DNA from: Thermodesulfobacteriota bacterium
GTDB taxonomy: Bacteria > Desulfobacterota > Desulfobacteria > Desulfobacterales > SURF-7
NCBI GenBank assembly: GCA_049320885.1
Contig: JBMORA010000027.1
Location: 1-64,000, forward strand
Reading direction: 5' to 3'
DNA: 64,000 nucleotides
Positions within the stretch are counted from its first letter, which is position 1. Every line of letters begins with the position of its first letter. The notes under the pieces were generated by a model. It made no database searches. It saw only the letters and a program-made list of their open reading frames with translations, and was not told the origin of the DNA. The position numbers and the translations under genes are program-made. Shown here in pieces: positions 1 to 7,300 of this stretch.

Positions 1-123
1 CACCATGGGAGACAGCATAATCGATGGGATCAATGCCCGAAAAGTCGAAAAAATATCAGGAGGGGGAATGTGAAGAAACTAATTGAATTTTAGGCAAAAG
101 ACTGCCGCGAAGCGGTTCAGTTC

Positions 124-145
124 AACGTTGATTGTTAGGTCGTAT
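124..145 (+). repeat. 22-bp direct repeat X, copy 1 (AACGTTGATTGTTAGGTCGTAT); contains GTTAGGT, an attC R'-like core
   Basis: Identical to 1403-1424; preceded by GCCGCGAAGCGG, resembling the 3' half of an attC site. Confidence 0.75.
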
Positions 146-206
146 TATCAGGTAAAATTGACCTGATATGATATCAAACAGATTTTCAGGCCAATTTGCC
201 CTGATA
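146..206. promoter_or_regulatory. Pair of 23-bp imperfect palindromes (putative protein-binding sites)
   Basis: TATCAGGT-AAAATTG-ACCTGATA (146-168, perfect 8-bp arms) and TTTCAGGCCAATTTGCCCTGATA (184-206); a related pair occurs at 56982-57045. Confidence 0.5.
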
Positions 207-292
207 TCGCTTTCCGGGAATCCACTTGTCGATTTGTTGCCACAGTGTCATCCATACCGGATTTCAACGATTAAAGTCAATAATAAATATCG

Positions 293-341
293 ATACTTAT
301 GGTTTTTGGGATGGTTTCATGCCGGAGATCGAAACCACCCC
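293..341 (+). repeat. 49-bp direct repeat Y, copy 1
   Basis: 46/49 identical to 1426-1474. Confidence 0.85.
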
Positions 342-376
342 GGGGGGACCGGCAGCGTCGCCGGACGGCAGACCGC

Positions 377-716
377 TCAGACCGGCTGCACGGCTTTTGC
401 TGACACGACTGTTCCCTCGCGGATCTTTTTGTATTCCTGCCAGTCGAAACGATCCAGAAAGTCGGCCGCGCATTTCGCTCCTTCCAGGAAAAGGCCGATC
501 TTTTTTTCTTCCGGCATATCAAAATCCAGCCAGTTATAACCTTTCGCCGGAATCCAGGTAACCAGTTTCTGATAGTCGGTGTTCCGGTGCAGGAAGTCGT
601 AATCCAGCGTATGCCGCGCCGCGTTGAACATGGCGCCGAACAGGCCGAGGGGGCCGCTGATTTCTTTCCGGCGCTTGTCGAGCTCCAGCTTGACGCCGAA
701 TGTCGGCGCAATGGGA
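377..716 (-). pseudogene. Duplicated 3' fragment of the patatin-like phospholipase gene
   Basis: 411-716 is near-identical to 2211-2516 (offset 1800 bp); encodes only the C-terminal part (PIAPTFGVKLELDKRR...KKIREGT) and lacks the GTSAG and DGG motifs. Confidence 0.85.
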
Positions 717-768
717 GCTGCCATGACGTATCAAGATGCATCCAATTCGCTCAATCTCGTTGACGTAG
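714..768 (-). pseudogene. HicA-like toxin N-terminal remnant
   Basis: Minus strand reads EIERIGCILIRHGSSH, resembling the HicA N-terminus, and is truncated by the patatin duplicate. Confidence 0.45.
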
Positions 769-1107
769 TTAACCGCCAATTATTTCATTTAAACCACCAA
801 TGATGAGAGCCAATTCTTCGTCAGAGGCTTTTGCTATTTTCTCTCCAATGCGTTTAATTGAAAGGGTTCGAATCTGACTGATCTTAACCCAAGATTTTTT
901 AGGTAGTTCGTTATCACCTAGTTCCAGGGTCAGTGGAAATCCAGCCCTTTGTGGTTGGCTGGTGATCGCCAAAGCAATGACAGTACCTGATCTCTGATTG
1001 AATACATTATGGCTTAAAATAAGAACAGGACGTAAACCGCCCTGTTCACTTCCAATTACTGGGTTCAAATCTGCCCAGTGTATGTCACCTCTCAGTATTC
1101 TGGCCAT
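769..1107 (-). CDS. MazF/PemK family endoribonuclease toxin
   Basis: [32 protein letters not shown]...AITSQ...SQIRTLS is the typical PemK pattern; overlaps the upstream antitoxin. Confidence 0.92.
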   Translation of the reverse strand: MARILRGDIHWADLNPVIGSEQGGLRPVLILSHNVFNQRSGTVIALAITSQPQRAGFPLTLELGDNELPKKSWVKISQIRTLSIKRIGEKIAKASDEELALIIGGLNEIIGG

Positions 1108-1334
1108 TCTTCCAGCTCCGATGAAAAGCCTTCCTCCGCTAATGATTGCTCGAATTCTGGATCTAGCTTGGCGCATTCCTGCGCAAGACGGCTTTTCTCA
1201 ATGCGCATCAATTTTTCGGTAACAGCCTCCTGAATAGCTTTGCTACGGTTTGGGAAAAATTTTGATTTAACGAGAATATCTAAACGTTTTAGTGTATTGT
1301 CGTCTATTGTAATTGCAATTTTTGATGCTGCCAT
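1092..1334 (-). CDS. Ribbon-helix-helix (CopG family) antitoxin
   Basis: [15 protein letters not shown]...[15 protein letters not shown] signature; acidic C-terminus (EEWPEY); directly upstream of the mazF-like gene. Confidence 0.88.
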   Translation of the reverse strand: MAASKIAITIDDNTLKRLDILVKSKFFPNRSKAIQEAVTEKLMRIEKSRLAQECAKLDPEFEQSLAEEGFSSELEEWPEY

Positions 1335-1402
1335 TTGAATCACCTCCGGTATGACAATATATCATACCTTGGCAGTTTGCAAGCCGTATTTGCCTATCGG
1401 TT

Positions 1403-1474
1403 AACGTTGATTGTTAGGTCGTATCATACTCATGGTTTTTTGGATGGTCTCATGCCGGAGATCGAAACCACCCC
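1403..1474 (+). repeat. Second copies of repeats X (1403-1424) and Y (1426-1474)
   Basis: Match 124-145 and 293-341; here adjacent, without the intervening palindrome-containing segment. Confidence 0.8.
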
Positions 1475-1555
1475 TGGGAGGCCGCCGGCGTGGCGAAAGT
1501 CCCTCTCAAAGCAAAGGTTCTTGGTGATCCCCTTCGACCAAAAGCGTCATTTCTA

Positions 1556-1598
1556 TTGACATTGTTCAAGTGTGTATATATTGTATATTTAATACACA
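1556..1598 (+). promoter_or_regulatory. sigma70-type promoter with overlapping operator for vapBC
   Basis: TTGACA (1556-1561), 17 bp, TATTGT (1579-1584); inverted repeat TGTGTAT (1571-1577) / ATACACA (1592-1598). Confidence 0.6.
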
Positions 1599-1616
1599 TA
1601 CATGAGAGGTGTTACC

Positions 1617-1811
1617 ATGCGAACAAATATTGTAATAGATGACAAGCTGATACACGAGGCCATGACTCTCAGCAACTTAAAAACCAAAAAAGCTGTTGTT
1701 GAATTCGGGCTTAAGTTATTGATTCAAATAAAAAAACAGGAACAAATTAAACATCTGCGTGGAAAACTTACATGGGATGGCGACCTTGATGCCATGAGGA
1801 TCGATCGGTGA
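1617..1811 (+). CDS. vapB: VapB family antitoxin
   Basis: MRTNIVIDDKLIHEAM...KTKKAVVE...LRGKLTWDGDLDAMR; GAGGT RBS; 4-nt overlap with the PIN gene. Confidence 0.88.
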   Translation: MRTNIVIDDKLIHEAMTLSNLKTKKAVVEFGLKLLIQIKKQEQIKHLRGKLTWDGDLDAMRIDR

Positions 1812-2206
1812 TTTTGGTCGACTCATCCGTATGGATCAATTATTTCAACGGCATTTCCATATGGCAGACAGATTTGCTTGATCATTACCTTTCAAAAACA
1901 CCCATTATTATTGGAGATTTAATACTCACAGAGGTTCTTCAAGGTTTCCGCTCCAATACAGATTTTGAAACGGCCAAGAACTTTCTCAGCGCTCTACAAT
2001 TCCGACAAATTGGTGGTTATAACGTGGCAATTCAAAGTGCCAATAATTATCGAATCCTTAGAAAGGCAGGGGTTACCGTCCGAAAAACGATCGATGTAAT
2101 TATCGCAACATTCTGCATCATAGAAGGGTTGACCTTGCTACATGATGATCGTGATTTCGATCCCATGGTGACCCACTTCTCATTAAAAACGGCTTCACCA
2201 CTTTAG
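1808..2206 (+). CDS. vapC: VapC PIN-domain ribonuclease toxin
   Basis: ILVDSSVWI...EVLQG...TIDVIIA...LLHDDRDF PIN acidic residues. Confidence 0.92.
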   Translation: MILVDSSVWINYFNGISIWQTDLLDHYLSKTPIIIGDLILTEVLQGFRSNTDFETAKNFLSALQFRQIGGYNVAIQSANNYRILRKAGVTVRKTIDVIIATFCIIEGLTLLHDDRDFDPMVTHFSLKTASPL

Positions 2207-3445
2207 CTTCGTTCCCTCGCGGATCTTTTTGTATTCCCGCCAGTCGAAACGATCCAGAAAGCCGGCCGCGCATTCCGCTCCCTCCAGGAACAGGCCGATC
2301 TTTTTTTCTTCCGGCATATCAAAATCCAGCCAGTTACAGCCTTTCGCCGGAATCCAGGTAACCAGTTTCTGATAGTCGGGGTTCCGGTGCAGGAAGTCGT
2401 AATCCAGCGTATGCCGCGCCGCGTTGAATATGGCGCCGAACAGGCCGAGGGGGCCGCTGATTTCTTTCCGGCGCTTGTCGAGCTCCAGCTTGACGCCGAA
2501 TGTCGGCGCGATGGGAACCTGATGCGGATCATGGAATACATCGATGGGGAAGTTGGACATGATGCCGCCGTCGATGAACAGGGCGTCTTCGGGAACGCCG
2601 CCCTCATCGGCGGCTATAAATCCGGCGAGGTCCCGCCACTTTTTTTCGATATCCATCCCCCGGGGCAGCTGGTGAATCCGGAACGGCTGGAAAAAATACG
2701 GGATGGACATGGAGGCCCGGACAAACAGGGCCGGACTGATCCGGTCAGGATTTTCCCAATACAGGCAGGCCATTTCCGGGAAAGTCACCTTGGTTTCCGT
2801 GGATACATCCGCGGCGATGATGGCCAGGCGGCAACCCGCTTTTTCCGGTGTGTCCAGGAATTCACCGTCCTGGACCCGCAAACCCGGTGGAATGGTTTCC
2901 ATGCGCGCGCGCAGTTTGGCGCAGGTCTCCACTCCTTCCCGTCTCAGGATGCCTTCCACCCATCGGGTGAATTCAACCCCCGGATTCAGACCAAGGTGCT
3001 TCTGGATGTCGCCGATCACCCAGGCGGCCTTGAAGGCCAGATTGAATTTCCCCGCTCCTTCCACCCAGCTTTGGATGAAATCCCGGGCATCGGCGTCGCC
3101 ATCGACGAAATCATGGAAATTCTTGGCGGCCAGTTCCTGGAGCAGCTTGGTCCCCTTTTCTTCCGCGGGCGTTCCGAGGGCGGCAAGCAGCAGCGCCAGG
3201 ATGGAGCCCGCGGAAGTGCCGCCAATACCCAGAAAGCGGATTCCGGCCTTTTCCAGGATATGGATGTATCCGACCAGGGCGATCCCCAGCATTCCGCCGC
3301 CTTCCATCACCAGATCGACGTACTGAAGGTTGTTGTCATCGACGATATCGCTGAATTTCTTCCCCTGGCATGTCCGCCGTACGGTTTCCTCGATTTCCTT
3401 CAGCTTGCCGTGATCTGTAAATTTCGAGATAGCCATTTTCCGCAC
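2195..3445 (-). CDS. Patatin-like phospholipase
   Basis: EGGGMLG glycine loop, GTSAG nucleophile, RASMSIP, DGG; start may be a few codons downstream. Confidence 0.9.
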   Translation of the reverse strand: MRKMAISKFTDHGKLKEIEETVRRTCQGKKFSDIVDDNNLQYVDLVMEGGGMLGIALVGYIHILEKAGIRFLGIGGTSAGSILALLLAALGTPAEEKGTKLLQELAAKNFHDFVDGDADARDFIQSWVEGAGKFNLAFKAAWVIGDIQKHLGLNPGVEFTRWVEGILRREGVETCAKLRARMETIPPGLRVQDGEFLDTPEKAGCRLAIIAADVSTETKVTFPEMACLYWENPDRISPALFVRASMSIPYFFQPFRIHQLPRGMDIEKKWRDLAGFIAADEGGVPEDALFIDGGIMSNFPIDVFHDPHQVPIAPTFGVKLELDKRRKEISGPLGLFGAIFNAARHTLDYDFLHRNPDYQKLVTWIPAKGCNWLDFDMPEEKKIGLFLEGAECAAGFLDRFDWREYKKIREGTKLKW

Positions 3446-3454
3446 CGTTGTTTT

Positions 3455-4057
3455 TCATTGGCTCCCGCCGTATGCGAACAGAAATGCCTGGGGACGCAGA
3501 CTTTCATATACGGCGGCAAAACCCTGCTTGCCGAGAGCGAAGCAGCCTTCGCTGCGTCCGATACGAAAACCATCAACCGCATTCATGAGCATGGAGCGCA
3601 TGGATACGTATTCCGCGGAATGAATTACAATCCCGCGTTTTTCGGCATTTTGGTTCAATGACTTGCTGAGTCCGGTAAGACGAAGCGAAAGTCCATGGCG
3701 GCCCTGGTATTGATCTGTCACTCTGTACAGTCCGAGGGAACTCATCCTGGAACCAACCTCGTTCGAGAATTCAGTGGCAAAAAGACGACCGGAATTGCGG
3801 CCATGCGCCACCAGATGATACTTCCTGTCGCCGGATTGTAAATCCATCACCAAAAGCCGTTTCCGAAAAGAAGCCCGGGTGAAATCGACCACCATGAGCG
3901 TGGCATCGTCCGGCAATAAACCCAACTCGTTGCGCAACGCCTCTTTTGCCGCGTCGACGGCAGCCGGTGAAACCGCCGGGGCCGTCAAGGCCCAGGCGGC
4001 AAGAAATATCACCGCCAGGAAAGCCATAATGGCTGAACCGATTATTAGTCGTCTCAT
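3455..4057 (-). CDS. Murein L,D-transpeptidase catalytic-domain protein (YkuD_2-like), exported
   Basis: Hydrophobic N-terminus; VAHGRNSG, SSLG, IVIHSAEY, GRSEGC motifs. Confidence 0.85.
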   Translation of the reverse strand: MRRLIIGSAIMAFLAVIFLAAWALTAPAVSPAAVDAAKEALRNELGLLPDDATLMVVDFTRASFRKRLLVMDLQSGDRKYHLVAHGRNSGRLFATEFSNEVGSRMSSLGLYRVTDQYQGRHGLSLRLTGLSKSLNQNAEKRGIVIHSAEYVSMRSMLMNAVDGFRIGRSEGCFALGKQGFAAVYESLRPQAFLFAYGGSQ

Positions 4058-4188
4058 CTATCCTTTTATTTGTCGTCGCCTTATATTTACTGTTCTTTTC
4101 CAGATCGGAAGGGATTCCCGGAAACATGTCCTGATATCAAGTCGCGGAAATCGGTTTGTCTGATTCCAGGATGGCGTCACCATACCGC

Positions 4189-4243
4189 ATTCAAACGGTA
4201 AAAGGCAATTCTGATTCAAACGGTTCATGATTCAAACGGTTCA
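4189..4243 (+). repeat. Three copies of ATTCAAACGGT, including a 16-bp tandem duplication TGATTCAAACGGTTCA x2
   Basis: 4189-4199, 4212-4227, 4228-4243, abutting a -35 box. Confidence 0.8.
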
Positions 4244-4272
4244 TTGACATAAGCCCCCATTTCGAATATACT
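4244..4272 (+). promoter_or_regulatory. sigma70-type promoter for the sia-like operon
   Basis: TTGACA (4244-4249), 17 bp, TATACT (4267-4272). Confidence 0.7.
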
Positions 4273-4393
4273 ATTTTTCATTCATCCGGTTCGATTCATC
4301 TTTTATTGTCAACATGTCGGTTTCGGGCGTTCAGCCGAGACTCTTTCAGTCGTAACAATCTGATTATACTTTCCCACTACGTGGATTCCGGCT

Positions 4394-7300
4394 GTGGCAC
4401 CATCATCCGTTTCGATCAATGGCGTTGCGGAGACCCTTTCCGAAAATGAGTTTCGGCTGGTGCTGCGCGTCCGCGGCGGCGATTCGGAACCACCCGTCCT
4501 TGTTCACCAATTGAAATCCCCGGCCGCCACCCGGGACGAAGAGGTCCGGTTCGCCCGGGAATACGAAATCATCCGGGGGTTGTCCCTTCCGGGCCTGGTA
4601 ACCACCCGGGATGTCCGCAAGGCCGATGGCGGCTGGCAGGTGGTCCTGGAGGATTTCCAGGGGGTTGACTTGAAATCCCTGATTGCCGCCGGTCCCCTGG
4701 AGATCCGGGATTTCCTGACCATCGCCATGCAACTGGCCGAGACCCTGGGACAGATTCACCAGGCGGGGCTGATCCACCGGGCCGTCCGGCCGGCCCACAT
4801 CCTGGTGGCGCCGGAAACCCGCGGGGCAAAACTCCACAGTTTCGGCATCGAAACCCTGCTGACCCATGAGGACCGCAGGCTCACCAGGGACTATATCGCC
4901 GGGATTCTGCCGTATATATCGCCGGAACAGACCGGCCGGATGAACCGCAGCGTGGATTACCGGACGGACATGTATTCCCTGGGGGTGACCCTCTACGAAA
5001 TGATCACCGGCCGGCTGCCCTTCCAGTCCGATGATCCCATGGAGCTGATCCACGCCCACATCGCCCGGACCCCCCGGGAGCCCCATGAAGTCCGTTCGGG
5101 CCTTCCGGCGCCCCTGGACCGGATCATTCTGCGCCTGCTGGCCAAGACCGCCGAGGAGCGTTATCAGAACTGCTTCGGGCTGCTCGCGGATCTAAGCATC
5201 TGCCGCGACTCGCTTCAGCGGTCCGGCCGGATCGAGGCATTTGAGCTGGGCCGCCGGGACATTTCCATGCGGTTCAACATTCCCCAGAAACTGGTGGGCC
5301 GGGAGCAGGAAATCGGCCGCTTTCTGGGGATTTTTGAACGGGTGGCCGGCGGCTGCTGCGAGATGATGCTGGTGTCGGGTTATCCGGGGATCGGCAAATC
5401 GGCCCTGATTCATGAAATCCACAAACCCATCGTGGCCCGGCGGGGCTATTTCATCTCCGGAAAATATGAGCAGTTCCGGCGGGACGTGCCTTACAGCTCC
5501 ATCATCCAGGCGTTCCAGGGGCTGATTCAGCAGATTCTCACCGAGGAACCGGCCCGGACCGAGGAATGGAAGCTCCGCCTGCAAAACGCCCTGGGACCCA
5601 ACGGCGGGGTGATCACGGAGGTGATTCCCAGCCTGGAGATCCTCATCGGTCCCCAACCCGAGCCCCTCCGGCTGGGGCCGGAGGAAAGCCAGAACCGCTT
5701 CAACCTGGTGTTCCGGAATTTCGCCGGGGTTTTTGCCGGCGAACGGCATCCCCTGGTGCTGTTTCTGGACGACCTGCAGTGGGCGGACACCGCCAGCCTG
5801 AATCTGATCCGGACGATCATGACCGGCGAGGACCTCCGGTATTCGCTGATCATCGGCGCCTACCGCCACAACGAGGTGGGCGAGGTCCACCCCCTGAAGC
5901 GCATTCTGGAGGATATCTCCCGGTCCGGAGGCCGGCTGCACGACATGTTCCTGGGGCCCATCACCGTGGAGAACGTCCGGGACTTTCTGATGGAAATCGT
6001 CAAGACGGACCGGGCCGCCATCCAGCCCCTGGCGGATCTGGTGCATGCCAAGACCGGCGGGAATCCGTTTTTCGTGAATCAGTTCATGAAATCCCTGTAT
6101 GACGGCAAGCTGCTGCTGCCGGATCCCCGGGCGGGCTGGCAATGGGACGTGGAGAAAATCCAGCGGATGCAGGTGACGGACAATGTGGTGGAGCTTCTGT
6201 CCCGGAAAATCGTGGGTCTCAAACCCGAAACCCGGGAAATCCTCAAGATCGGCGCCTGCGTGGGCAACCGTTTCGACCTGGAGACCCTTTCGGCCGTCAT
6301 GAATCGCTCCATGGAGCAGGTGGTGCGGGATATGACCGAGGCCATCGACGAAGGGCTGGTTGCCGTGGACACGTTTTTCGTGTTCCGGCATGACCGGATT
6401 CAGGAGGCCGCCTATTCGCTGATTCCAGAAAGCGATGCGCGGGGGATTCATCTGCGGATCGGCCGCCTGTTCCTGGATCATCTCGCGGCCTGGGAAAAAG
6501 AGAAAAAAGTCTTTTATGTGGTGAACCAGCTCAACCTCGGCCGGGAATTGCTGACGACGCCGGCGGAAAGGCGCGAACTGGCGGAACTGAACCGGATCGC
6601 GGCCAGACGCGCCAGGGAGTCCAATGCCTACGATCCGGCGCTGAAATATATCGATGTCGGCATGGCCCTGCTGGAAACCGATTGCTGGGAAACGCAGTAT
6701 GATCTGGCCTTTGGAATCCATCTGGAGCGCGCGGAATGCGAATACGCCAATGCCCGTTACGAGCAGGCCGAACGCCTGTTCGATCTCCTGCTGGAAAAGG
6801 CCGAACCCGGCCTGGCCAGGGCGGCCATCCACCACCGCAAGGTGAGTCTGTACGCCAGCATGGTGCTCAGCACCCGGGCCCTCCAGGAAGGCCTGAGCGG
6901 GCTGCGGCAATTGGGGGTCATGATTCCGGAACGGCCCGGGAGGCATACGGTCTGGCTGGAAATGAGCATTCTGCGGATACGGTGCCGCAGGGACCGGATC
7001 GAAAGACTGCTGCATCTCCCGGAGATGACGGACCGGAAAATGAAACTGGTCATGGAAATCCTGGCCCTGCTGCTGGATTCCGCCTATTACACCAACCAGC
7101 AGCTGCTGGTCCTCCTGCTGATCAAAATGATCCGCCTTTCCATGACCCACGGCAACTCGCCGGCTTCCGCCATGGGATATTGCGGATACGGCATGCTGAT
7201 GGGCAGCGCCTTCGGCGATTACCGGAAAGGTCTGGCGCTGGGCGAGCTGGCCCTCCAGGTGCATCAGCGCTATCATGATCCCCGTTTTTCCTGCAAGCTG

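Noticed and set aside
2195..3445. Patatin as a CBASS CapV effector
   Set aside because: No CD-NTase or other CBASS gene nearby in the window.
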